This document shows positions 14,567 to 26,570 of a stretch of 64,000 nt of DNA, one piece after another. This DNA is from Laetmonice hystrix. Taxonomy: Eukaryota. Positions within the stretch are counted from its first letter, which is position 1. Each line of letters begins with the position of its first letter. Location of the stretch: the NCBI GenBank assembly GCA_965235115.1, contig OZ249436.1, forward strand, positions 6,014,001 to 6,078,000, read 5' to 3'. The notes beneath the pieces were generated by a model. The model did no database searches and had not been told where the DNA came from. It saw only the letters and a program-made list of their open reading frames with translations. The translations under genes and the position numbers were made by a program.

Positions 14567-17062
14567 AGAAAGAGAAAGTTCTGTGGAGGTGAAACAGTTC
14601 ACAAAAAGTGAATGCCCTAGGCCTGTGCAGACCTTGGACTTAATTATATCATATTGTATCAGTATGAATATATTAGCATTATAAATATACTGCTCCAGGG
14701 TTTTACGGCAAATATAAGCCCTACTTGTCATCATAAATTAGATTAGTTATCATATATATGGTTATGTATGGGCAAACCATCGTCATCATCATGTTCCCTT
14801 CCTTTCTAGAAATGTTCTATGATATTCTTTTCTTCCTGCAGTTAGTTAAATTCTTTTGTTTCCGAAAGAGTTCACTCCTTAGGAATAATATTTTCACGAA
14901 AACTCAAAACACCCCGTTATTTAAAGCTTGACACAAGGCTCTATCACATCTATGACCTCGGATTTGTAAATTCTGATGACTATAATCCCTGACGCTTAGA
15001 ACTGTAGCCCAGACATCTCTAAACGTTACTGTCCAGCTTTCAGAGACAGAGAGAGAGAGTAGTCATTGAGGCCATGTGTATGTCAGACACTTTATCTGTG
15101 CTTCAGGAACTGCTCATCCCAAGTCCTGACTAATCGTGACTCGAGGTTGTAGTAGTTCTGGAGAGAATTTGGCCACCCGTTTACACGCTATTCTACCCGC
15201 TAGGGGCGCTGGTTGGCGATTCGCATATGACCATTATCAAGAAACGTGAAACAAGGTTTTTGATATTGCCAGTAATATTCAGGGAGACTTCTAGCAGTGA
15301 CTTAAAGCAATTGACAATCAAATTTCTAAAAACTGTTTTACTGCCATTGCATCTGAGGTCCTAAAGGGACTTCGACGAGAGCTTCCTGTATTTTATATCA
15401 GAGCCCGCCAAAGTTATCTCATGAATCTAAATCTTCTTTACATACGGGGAACCCAATACAACATCATCTTGAGTTGGCCTTGTGGGTCCAGTACAAACAC
15501 CCCATAAGTACATTCGTGTAAGGAAAGCATGTATTATGAAGAGAGTGTAAGTCAGTATTGCATGTCATATTCCACCACAAATCATGCTTATAATATTAAT
15601 GACAAAAATCAATCTATACTCAGATGTATTCATGTCTTATGATCATACTTCTCTACACATGTTAACTACTATACACCGAGTAACCTCTCTCATCACATCG
15701 TTCTCACCCCCACCCTTTATTATGAGCATTGCTACTTTTTTCAAACCATAGCATGTTTAATGCGAATTGTGTTGAAGCAATACTTTCGTATTTCTGTTAA
15801 TGTAGTTTTTCACCCTCGGAAGGCAATTTAACTCAAACGTACACGTATTCAATTCAGGGAATGCCATGTTTTTATTACGTGATACCTCTGAGCACATGGA
15901 GTTGAATGTTGATATTACACGTGATATTTTAATGGCTTGTTGACGGATTGATGTCACTGCTGGGATTATGACAATGGAATGATGAGCCATCACAACGCTG
16001 ATATGATTAGCACAGATTAAAATGCTACAAGCATATGGTATCATATGGATAGATTGAAAGGGGCAATCGAAACGAAGCAACATCAAGATTTCCATTTGAT
16101 GTTTTCATCGAATTCAGTTCCATTTAATTTGAAATATGCATCATTGCAAAAACACTCAGGACGGGGAGCGAATTCTAATTTGGTTCGTGATCACCACTTG
16201 GGCATATCAATGTTTCATGACATAGAATCCCGACTCCTGGTTATCATTTTCTGTTTTTTGTTTTGACGCCATTTCACTTGGCTCTCTAATGTTGCTACTA
16301 TATGATAATTGCGCGTGATAATGGCCTGTTCAGTTGATGCACGTGAAATTAGATCGTGAGGAAAGTGGCCGTACATTTGGAGCACTGATTTCATGCCGGT
16401 GTGTTATACAGCCTGAAGACCATACCAAGAAATAGAATCTGGGTCTGTGATTTAATCGATCTTTTAATGTACTGTACATGAGCGTTGTGCCTGGTACATA
16501 GCTCAGGAGGAACAGAAAGTAAAACAGACAGATGCCAACGGCTTCTGACGTGACTGAGTGTGGCTGATAGCAACATTACGAGTAACCCTTACCATGTATG
16601 AGTATGAGGGTTCTTGGACTCACTTCTACGTCGTTAACAATATGAATGACCAATTGCCTGGGATTCCTCAGTGGTTTGTTCCTCATCTAAAGGTGTTGAT
16701 CTTCTTATCGTACATTGCTACCTCCTTACCGTCTTCGTTTACATTATGGCGCCCTGAAACGCCAGCTTCTCTAAGTAAATGACATGGTAGTAACCTGGAG
16801 ATGATTAATGGTCTACAGAACATTGACCTCCACTTTGTTTACGTCTGACCCCCATTCGATCCGGCGTATAGTAACCGGTGAAATGGGCAGCAGACGTTTT
16901 CATCTGGCCAGGTTGTTTGAGAACATGCAAGGTCCTAGCGACTGGTCATTGACACTCCTGTTTATGTTCTTAGTAAACAGATACAGTTGGAAAAACTTAT
17001 TAATTAGCTCTGAGATATTCGCAATAACTCACTGCATAAAGCATGGTGACTGAATTACCTGG

Positions 17063-17119
17063 GTGGTTGCCATTAAAATCCTTTGTGGTTGCCATTAAAA
17101 TCATTGGTGGTTGCCATTA
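17063..17119. repeat. Short tandem repeat, 22-bp unit containing GTGGTTGCCATTAAAATC, ~2.6 copies
   Basis: GTGGTTGCCATTA occurs at 17063, 17085 and 17107. Confidence 0.85.
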
Positions 17120-17899
17120 GTTTGTGGCGTTTACCTGGAGATATTCACTTGTACAAGTGCCGCGGATAATGACTTTGATCAAGGTAAAATAGGTGTAATG
17201 GCAACAGGTGATCATCAAACCAGGTAATAAACATCTCTGAAAAGAGATAAAGTTTGGAGGGGTTCCCCATGGAACTTTTGTAATCTATTTCTATGTCAAA
17301 TAAAAGCCAATGTTCGGTGTTTTTATGTTCCAGTGCCACGTTACATTGCCTTGAGGGTAGAGTGTGTAATACAGCACGCTAGTGTTACGTTATATTTCCA
17401 GCATTCATTGTAGAAATGTTTTTAAGAGGCCGAACATGTTTAAGTGGAAAACTTAGACGTGCCGGGTTGTTTTACAAAGGTCGCCGTTTACAACCAGTGC
17501 ACTGTGTGAATGGGAATCCCTGGTGTGCACAGTGCTGTTCGGGAATGGAGAAAACTGCAAAACGCTAAAGCATATAGCCCCTGGGCTACTCCTTGTACGA
17601 ATCGTAAGCTCGTATAATTAACTAAACTTGTCTGTCACTAAGGCCCTGTCGCAGCCAATTTTGGGTCAAATGCGCATATTTTAATTCAATTTGCTGTCTC
17701 CTTGGCGATACTAAGTACTGTTAGCACACTAATTTGCCTGCGTCTTTGCTGGCGGACCCTTACAAAATAGCCCATTTTCGCAGCAATTGGCAGTGGCGTT
17801 GTCGACAGGAATCAGGCTTGTCATGTCTTTGTTAGTCTGATTTACTTAAGTCAGCTCCAATTCCTGTTGTAAGTGACACAGCAGTTATCCTCTGGGCAT

Positions 17900-19550
17900 C
17901 CGCTCTATCTGCACGAGCACGAAGGACACTTGAGAGTGCGGACGGCCGATGGTTGCCGGCGGCCATCCGTACAAGTGGCAGATGCCATCAGGAGTCGTGG
18001 GGCCGTACAACCTGAGGACGACCTGGCTAAGGAGGCTGAGGCTGGGGGCTCTAACCCCCTGCTCACCTCGAGTATAGCGCAGTAAAGACCTTTCGGTGAA
18101 GGGGACAAACTTGAATCAGATGAGGAATCCACGACATTCAGGGCAGTCTGGGGGATAGACTTGGTGGACTTATACCACATCCAAAATATTGGAGCGATTT
18201 AAAATAATGTCAGCTTTTGTCTTGAAATTATTGGAATATTGTATCTAGTTATTTTTACAAAGGCAGCACATAATCTGAAGACTTGGTGAGAAGACCAAAT
18301 CTGGAGGAATGCCCACCCCCAGTGAATATAATGTGCCGCTGAGTAGGTTCGGTTAAGTGAGATGAGGTCTATGTGTGGGTAGCTGAGATGAATGGTTTTA
18401 ATTGATAGGGTTTGCCTGTTTGCTATAGCGTGTAAGAATAGTGGCGGGGAGAGTGGAGGCAGCCATGGTCGGCGAACGTTGTTGATGGCATCTGACAGGC
18501 TGACAGGACAAGATGGCCACAGCAATCTGCTGGTGTCTGGAGAGGTCAGTGTCCAGCCTCCCTCTCCTGCTGCGCGCCTCCATCCTCTCCAGTCTCATCT
18601 CCGCATCCTCTGACCACGTCCTGCCAACATTGTGTGCCGGCCTCATACTGTGAAACAGGAGCCAAATGGTGCAGGCGACACGAGGGGCCAGAGGACATCA
18701 CCTTGCCAAGGCTGGGGTCTCTGACCGGCTCTCACTCCGCATACATTCTCCACAGCATCAATCAGTTTCTACCTCTGCAGCAGCTGACTTGGCCAAAGCT
18801 GCTGTCCATCATTCGGAGCCTGTTCTCGACACTAGCCGACACGAAGATACATCAAAGCCGACGTAAGCTGCATTAGGTGCTTAGGCAGCGGCCAAGCTGA
18901 TTGCGACCAAAGGAGCCCGTCATGACCACATGACAATGGCAAGCTTAGCAGGCCAATCCATTGTTCCTGGCCGTGTAATTGGCTCAGCTTGATGAATTTA
19001 GCGAAGGGAGACAGTGGGTGTTGTCTGTTGGCATGCCTCTCTACGCTTGCCTCGTCTCACTCCCTTTATGGCTCCAACTGAAGGCTGTCAAGTGGGCGCT
19101 GCAGCCGGCCGACAGCCCCCGGCTCCCTGGCCGCCACCCGCTGCCCGCTGCCCACATGTGTCCGCGGTCTGCAGGGTGATGGGCACAGACTGGAGGTGAG
19201 GTGTCACAATGTTATGGTGGCTGCCATCACCAGGCATCAGAACCCGCCTCTCCACCAGTCTCCCCGGCATACTGATGCCTCTGAAGAACGCCCGCCATCG
19301 GCACTTTGGCCCATTTGCTTCTCGGCTGTCACGGCTCCATTTATAGTGCTGTCCGGCCGCCTGGCCTTTCACACCGGTGCCCTTCTCTGGGTCTTCACAC
19401 ACATGTGCCACCATTATGCCAGCCACTTATACTTACTGCAGATAGCCGGGGGCGAGCATCCCGACGGCTCAAAGTTTTCCACCAGATCCGCCCCAATGAC
19501 AGCACCAAAAGCCGGCCCACTCGACTGGCAAACGTACAGGGCAACTAGCG
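17900..19550 (+). mobile_element. Decayed DIRS1-like retrotransposon pol remnant (RT, RNase H, MT-like), with stops and frameshifts
   Basis: Manual translation gives collinear matches to remembered DIRS1-type motifs: AIRSRG (17984, cf. AIRPGD), DLAKEA (18020, cf. DLKDAY), Q*RPFG (18080, cf. QFRALPFG), RAVWGIDL (18140), RLG...KS...PT (18279), LTG/KMATAI (18500, cf. LLGKMAS), AARLHPLQSHL (18569, cf. RLHMRPLQ), HASL (19032, cf. TDASL), SLPLWLQLKAVKWALQ (19057, cf. HINxLELKAVxLAL), LEVRCHNVMVAAI (19190, cf. VLVRxDNxTVVAYIN), VFTHMCHHY (19391) and PLDW (19517). No YxDD motif is recognisable. Not confirmed by any search. Confidence 0.65.
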
Positions 19551-20790
19551 CATGAGTAACAGAACGACGGTACTACATCACTCTGACACAAAGCTTGTCC
19601 TGTTTACGTCTTGTTGGAAAAAATGCCTGGTGGTAACATGTCCTTCTTTTTTGCAGTCTCTGGGTTTTTAGTTTTTGCTCATATTTTACAGTTTTCTTGT
19701 TAAATATCAGATGTAAGGTCTTAAACTGTAACAAAAACTTCTGAGGTTATAAAAAGGATTACGTCTCTATTCCAGTTTGAAATATTTCATATGTTTGTCG
19801 CATAATAATGGAATGCAATAGTGCAGTCTAGAAAAAAAAACAAGAACGTAATTCATGTGTCTGTGCTTTATTTGCATTCTGCAAAAAAAGTATCCGTACC
19901 ATCGAAGTATGCCTAGTGTGTGGTAGACTCGGATCATGAGAGGCATTCTGGTAAAAACATAAAGAAGTTTCTGGTTAAACTGGTGGTGCCACATCTCTGT
20001 ATGCCATTACCGATAGTGACCACCGTTACACAAGTCTGACTGCGGCAGTAAGAGAATTGGTTCCAGATCCTGGCTTTGAGATACGAATCCGGCCAAGAAC
20101 CGTTCACAACCTATGAACAAAGACAAATGACGATATCTGTACTGAATAACAAAAAGGTCAGATATGGTATCTATGATAGATTATAATGCTACTCAGGAAT
20201 GATCGCTTTGGCTTTGTTTTTCTATCACAATATGACGGCGGCGTCTTCTCTCCTAACGTTTTCATAGCAAGGAGCGGAAGTTAGTTTATCATAAAGCGTC
20301 AGAGCCGGTCTCACAAATTCGTGGATACGATCACATGCAGCAAACGTAAGCGAAACGTTCTGCAGGGTATAGATCTACTTTATGTACATTCTAAGAGGAC
20401 ACTCTCACATTAGAAAAGAAAAGTCCAGCGGAACACTAGAAATAAAGGAGAAAAGAATCGGTGAGCCAGGTGAACATTGGCAAACAAAATGATGTCCCAG
20501 TTCACGACAATCTTAGCGAGGGAAAACAAAGAGAAGCCATGAAGTTTGTCACCACACTTAATACAAGGAAGCCATACGATAGGCCAAGATAATTGATGAT
20601 CTTCCCCAGTCAGTGATCCGCTCGTGGTAAATCTTCTGAGATGACAAAGAGTGGGTTCTCGTATCACTGGATATATTCAATATCTGTCGTAATACCATAA
20701 CCTTTGAACGTAATAACATAATGGGTAGAAATACGGACTTAACGTAGGTCCTATAGCTACTACATCGATGGAAACGGTGGTTACTGTGCA

Positions 20791-20930
20791 GGCATTGTGT
20801 CAGGGCAAAGATTCAGTGGCATTGTGTCAGGGCAAAGATTCAGGTGCATTGTGTCAGGGCAAAGATTCAGTGGCATTGTGTCAGGGCAAAGATTCAGTGG
20901 CATTGTGTCGGGGCAAAGATTCAGTGGCAC
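20791..20930. repeat. Minisatellite, 27-bp unit GCATTGTGTCAGGGCAAAGATTCAGTG, ~5 copies
   Basis: Tandem periodicity. The 9-aa repeat ALCQGKDSV appears in the ORF track. Confidence 0.96.
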
Positions 20931-21578
20931 TGAACCAGGCGACAAGAGTCCTTTAATACTGAATACTTTGTGCAGATCTATTTGGGAGTACCTGGAGACC
21001 ATTCTGTCGTATGAGCACGTTCCCTAATCGGTATGTAATAGCTTACTTAATTCTTCACCAGAGAGACCCGAGTATTTCGTATTCCGTATGTAATCTTTCC
21101 TTTGATACTGGACAGAGGGTTTATTAATCGCATACATGGACCAGACCTGGCAAAGTCCAGACCATGGATGTCTATCTACACATCGATGTTTTCCGTGTGC
21201 TTACGGTGATATATGTTGTCTGTGACAGCACAGCCAGAGGTCACCCAAAAAACAGGGTCGTTGGAGGATGCACAAATAAATAACGACTGAGTGTTTTGTC
21301 ACGGAACTGTTGGAACAACCAGCTCAAAGCCAGTGAGCCTGGAGGAGAGACAGGAGTGATTCATCCAGGGCTGTCAGGAACCTCTCACACCTGGCTGACC
21401 TCTGTCGACGTCGCCGAGGACAGAGCTGAACATGTTGGCGCATCATGCGAAGTCTGTGAAGTGTGACAGTCGATCAGAGGACAAGGTGACAGCCCGGACC
21501 CAACGGGTTCCAACGGCGGTCATTGGTGAATCAGGACACGCCGTCCGACCGGCCAGCGGTCATCGGCTGACGGTACAA

Positions 21579-22895
21579 TCAGTCAGCCAGTCAGCTAGCC
21601 AGTCAGCCAGTCCTCCAGTGGTAGTCAGCCAGCTAACCAGTCAGTCAGTCCCCCAGTGGTGGTCAGCCAGCTAACCAGTCAGTCAGTCCCCCAGTGGTGG
21701 TCAGCCAGCTAACCAGTCAGTCAGTCCCCCAGTGGTGGTCAGCCAGCTAACCAGTCAGTCAGTCCCGCAGTGGTGGTCAGCCAGCTAACCAGTCAGTCCC
21801 CCAGTGGTGGTCAGCCAGCTAACCAGTCAGTCAGTCCCCCAGTGGTGGTCAGCCAGCTAACCAGTCAGTCAGTCCCCCAGTGGTGGTCAGCCAGCTAACC
21901 AGTCAGTCAGTCCCCCAGTGGTGGTCAGCCAGCTAACCAGTCAGTCAGTCCCGCAGTGGTGGTCAGCCAGCTAACCAGTCAGTCAGTCCCCCAGTGGTGG
22001 TCAGCCAGCTAACCAGTCAGTCAGTCCCGCAGTGGTGGTCAGCCAGCTAACCAGTCAGTCCCCCAGTGGTGGTCAGCCAGCTAACCAGTCAGTCAGTCCC
22101 CCAGTGGTGGTCAGCCATCTAACCAGTCAGTCAGTCCCCCAGTGGTGGTCAGCCAGCTAACCAGTCAGTCCCCCAGTGGTGGTCAGCTAGCTAGCCAGTC
22201 AGTCAGTCCTCCAGTGGTGGTCAGCCAGCTAACCAGTCAGTCAGTCCCCCAGTGGTGGTCAGCCAGCTAACCAGTCAGTCCTCCAGTGGTGGTCAGCCAG
22301 CTAACCAGTCAGTCCTCCAGTGGTGGTCAGCCAGCTAACCAGTCAGTCAGTCCCCCAGTGGTGGTCAGCCAGCTAACCAGTCAGTCAGTCCCCCAGTGGT
22401 GGTCAGCCAGCTAACCAGTCAGTCAGTCCCGCAGTGGTGGTCAGCCAGCTAACCAGTCAGTCAGTCCCGCAGTGGTGGTCAGCCAGCTAACCAGTCAGTC
22501 AGTCCTCCGGTGGCGGTCAGCCAGCTAACCAGTCAGTCAGTCCTCCAGTGGTGGTCAGCCAGCTAACCAGTCAGTCAGTCCTCCAGTGGCGGTCAGCCAG
22601 CTAGCCAGTCAGTCAGTCCCGCAGTGGTGGTCAGCCAGCTAGCCAGTCAGTCAGTCCCGCAGTGGTGGTCAGCCAGCTAACCAGTCAGTCAGTCCCCCAG
22701 TGGTGGTCAGCCAGCTAACCAGTCAGTCCCCCAGTGGTGGTCAGCCAGCTAACCAGTCAGTCAGTCCTCCAGTGGCGGTCAGCAAGCTAACCAGTCAACC
22801 AGTGGTGGTTAGCCAGTCAGTCAGTGGTCAGCCAGCCAGTCAGTCAGTGGTCAGCCAGCCAGTCAGTCAGTGGTCAACCAGCCAGTCAGTCAGTG
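21579..22895. repeat. Minisatellite, 38/34-bp unit CAGTCAGTCAGTCCCCCAGTGGTGGTCAGCCAGCTAAC, ~35 copies, built on a CAGT/CAGC tetramer
   Basis: Tandem periodicity with gain or loss of one CAGT. Both edges decay into (CAGT/CAGC)n. Confidence 0.97.
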
Positions 22896-22953
22896 ACAAC
22901 TCCCAGCGCTTATCCTGCCGAGTCATTAAACCCTGAAATTAACAACGCATTAA

Positions 22954-23294
22954 AGGTGCTATTCGTCTCGCATAGAATGGCATTTCTCCTATCATACATT
23001 GTGCACATAGTACTAGAAAAAATTCCTACCGATACCATTGGCCTGATAAACCTTCTATTAGTTTGTGTGCAGCATTTGAAACCTATCTCGGTGCGCACCG
23101 AGATAGAGCCATTTCCTATGGTGGGGCGTGTCAGGGTCTCCACAGGCCTTCTGAGAGAGCCCCATTTGTGCCGTTATCCATGAAAAATTTTTGATTTCCT
23201 TTGTTGTAAATCTATGTCCATGATAGGTGGGATCACATAAACGTCAACAAAATTAAAAATTAAAAAATTGAATTTTTGTTCACGAATAGCACCT
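22954..23294. mobile_element. Non-autonomous DNA transposon (MITE), 341 bp, 13-bp perfect TIRs, TTAA target-site duplication; Kolobok-like termini
   Basis: The structure is TTAA(22950-22953), AGGTGCTATTCGT ... ACGAATAGCACCT, TTAA(23295-23298). A TTAA TSD with purine-purine start fits Kolobok rather than piggyBac, which typically starts with CC. Confidence 0.85.
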
Positions 23295-23347
23295 TTAAAA
23301 CTGTTACAAATAGTAGTGGTAATTTGTGCTGGCTTCTTGGTGGCAAT

Positions 23348-23758
23348 GTTAGTCTCCTGCAGGAGGTACAGCGTGTTGGGTGTAATGGTGGAGAACCAAC
23401 CTTACAGGAGGTGGCAGGGTTAGTCTCCTGCAGGAGGTACAGCGTGTTGGGGCTAATGGCGGAGAACCCACCTTACAGGAGGTGGCAGGGTTAGTCTCCT
23501 GCAGGAGGTACAGCGTGTTGGGGCTAATGGTGGAGAACCCACCTTACAGGAGGTGGCAAGGTTAGTCTCCTGCAGGAGGTACAGCGTGTTGGGGCGGTGA
23601 TGGCGGAGAACCCCCCTTACAGGAGGTGGCAAGGTTAGTCTCCTGCAGGAAGTACAGCGTGTTGGGGCGGTGATGGCGGAGAACCCCCCTTACAGGAGGT
23701 GGCAAGGTTAGTCTCCTGCAGGAAGTACAGCGTGTTGGGGGTAATGGTGGAGAACCCA
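23348..23758. repeat. Minisatellite, ~71-bp unit starting GTTAGTCTCCTGCAGGAGGTACAGCGTGTTGG, ~5.5 copies
   Basis: GTTAGTCTCC occurs at 23348 and 23419 and continues with that spacing. Confidence 0.95.
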
Positions 23759-23887
23759 GAAGTATTGTCGGGAGATTGTCACTGGCTTACACCTGGTCCA
23801 GTTGACACGCTGGTCACGTATCGCCGCCACACCCCAGATCATTCCGAGTGTTGTTTTCTGATTGGTCAGGACACTTTAAGAGCGATC

Positions 23888-23906
23888 GGTGGCCACCTAG
23901 CGGTCA
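23888..23906 (-). promoter_or_regulatory. CTCF-like motif (TGACCGCTAGGTGGCCACC)
   Basis: The core CCGCTAGGTGGC matches the CC(A/G)(C/G)(C/T)AG(A/G)(G/T)GGC consensus. Confidence 0.4.
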
Positions 23907-24143
23907 GTCCTGTGTGGAGGTCATCATTAGGCCTTGGTGCTCCGCTTGGCCTGCGTACACCTGAGTCCGGCTCGGCCACGGTCAACCAACATCTCCACGT
24001 CTGACTCCAATATACAGTGTGTAAAAACATAAAGCTCTCCACAACTGGTGGTGGTTTCTCTGTTTGGGATTAGTTTACACTTTACAAAGGCCAGTAAACA
24101 GGGGTTGTTGTAACGGGCTGCAGAATGGGGGTGTGAGTGGATG

Positions 24144-24918
24144 ACACACACAACGTCCTCGCTCAGAACTAGTGCCAGTGGTGTCTAAACACAACGTCCT
24201 CGCTCAGAACTAGTGTCAGTGTTGTACACACAACGTCCTCGCTCAGAACTAGTGTCAGTGGTGTCTAAACACAATGTCCTCGCTCAGAACTAGTGTCAGT
24301 TGTCTTACACACAACGTCCTCGCTCAGAACTAGTGCCAGTGTTGTCCTACACACAACGTCCTCGCTCAGAACTAGTGTCAGTGTTGTCCTACACACAACG
24401 TCCTCGCTCAGAACTAGTGTCAGTGTTGACTAAACACAACGTCCTCGCTCAGAACTAGTGCCAGTGTTGTCCTACACACAACGTCCTTGCTCAGAACTAG
24501 TGCCAGTGTTGTCTTACACACAACGTCCTAGCTCAGAACTAGTGTCAGTGTTGTACACACAACGTCCTCGCTCAGAACTAGTGTCAGTGTTGTACACACA
24601 ACGTCCTCGCTCAGAACTAGTGCCAGTGTTGTCTTAAACACAACGTCCTCGCTCAGAACTAGTGTCAGTGTTGTCCTACACACAACGTCCTCGCTCAGAA
24701 CTAGTGTCAGTGTTGACTAAACACAACGTCCTCGCTCAGAACTAGTGTCAGTGTTGACTAAACACAACGTCCTCGCTCAGAACTAGTGCCAGTGTTGTCC
24801 TACACACAACGTCCTCGCTCAGAACTAGTGTCAGTGTTGTCCTACACACAACGTCCTCGCTCAGAACTAGTGTCAGTGTTGACTAAACACAACGTCCTCG
24901 CTCAGAACTAGTGCCAGT
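24144..24918. repeat. Minisatellite, 40-43-bp unit ACACAACGTCCTCGCTCAGAACTAGTGTCAGTGTTGTCCTAC, ~18 copies
   Basis: Constant core with a length-variable junction. Confidence 0.97.
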
Positions 24919-26570
24919 AGCTCCACATCCAAGATAAATGTCCTGCTTTCCATTTGTGAGCAAGACATAATTGGAGAAAATGCCATTAATCTCTAATATC
25001 TGGGTCGTGTAGATAGTGCTGTGTAGATTGTTACATTATTCAGGTGCGTTTTTCACTTCATGAAACCAGTATGTAAACACGTCATCTGTAATGCACATTT
25101 ATAAAAGTGATTTTAGGTGCCGATCAAAGGGACGGGTATTCTTAATCTACCACGGTGGATACATATATCTATTCTGTCGATCCTAACGTGGTTGCCTTCA
25201 CATTCAGCCAAGATAATACACTCAAAATGATTGATGAAGCTGCAGGACTGGCGGAATGAGGGAACTTTTAGTGCACACCATGTATTAATAATTACTCTGA
25301 CGCAAGCGCTAATGATGTAATTTATGGGAAAGGGCATTGCTTTTGACAGCACCAAGGCAAGGCTGAGACATTCATAATTTTCACATGACGTTCTAAAAGT
25401 AAATTACTCTTGAAGTCAAATTTATCACGGGAAGCGAGTCATTTAGGTAATACCAAATTGGTCGTCGACAATCCCATGCAACCAGAATCGACAACCATAA
25501 AAAAACAGTGCATCGGGGGAACCAAGTTATATATCAAAGTCGAGCGACTGACTGCTGGTTTGGATGAAAGCTTGAGTAAATAGCAAGAAGTGTGAGTGGC
25601 GAACAGTTGTCTATAAATCATTAGTCACCTCTTGAAGCGAACCGCCACCATTGACATCAAATGGGCATCAAACATTAATTTTTGTAGTGAATTAACACAA
25701 TAATGTGCGCAAAGTTACAACCGGATCCTTACGGCATGAACATGTTTTGAGCATGACATATTCATGAATTGTGGGACTTTGACAGCTGCAGTAAATCAGG
25801 AATTGCTGTTGTTCACAGTGCCGACCAACGACAAGCGTAGATGGGTGGGGGTTTCTATGAGCATGCCAGTAAATTAAATCATCCCGTAAAATAACATTTT
25901 TCACATCCCTATTATAGTGCCTAGTTCACTTTGCATTATTAAATTGATATCTGTATATGTTTTTGCTCAGTTGACATCTGCATTTACACACGATAGCGAC
26001 AGCAATTTACATGGGACTATCTCAAGAGGTGACGTCGAACGATGATCAATTGTATTTCTACTTAAGGTTGAGGTGTCTGGGCAAATTAAGCCAGTGGAAG
26101 ATGGCTTTAAATGGTAATACCCCTGGACTGAGGATTTACGCAATAATTGCGCACAAAGGCCCAGTGCGATGTCTTCTTCTTCTCGTTGATGCTGGTTGCC
26201 ATTAGGACTGATGACATAATTGATATGTACCACACCATTTAGTATAATTAGAAGCATTAATCATTTCATAATGTTGGTGCAGTTACTCTGAGCCCATTGT
26301 TCTAGTGAAACCATGAAATGCACTCATTAATCATTGATTTCCAGCTAGGAACATCACATCTCTGCCACTGGTGTGTTTTAGATTGGATAACGAGCATGAT
26401 GTCTCAGTGTTCTCAGTTTGGTTTTGGCTGCAGCAATGAGTTTATAATCACGTATCAGTTACTAGCGGAAACACAATAACAAGACAAATTGATACATAAG
26501 ATTGCATAAGGTTCTAAATGGAGGGGCGAATGAATAAATGATTAGTCAATAAATCTGATAAATAAACAGA

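Noticed and set aside
18620-18880. Tyrosine-recombinase-like text (LAKAGV, HSI-SVSTSAA, TRRYIK)
   Set aside because: It needs several frameshifts and lies between the RT and RNase H motifs, which is the wrong position for a DIRS1 recombinase.
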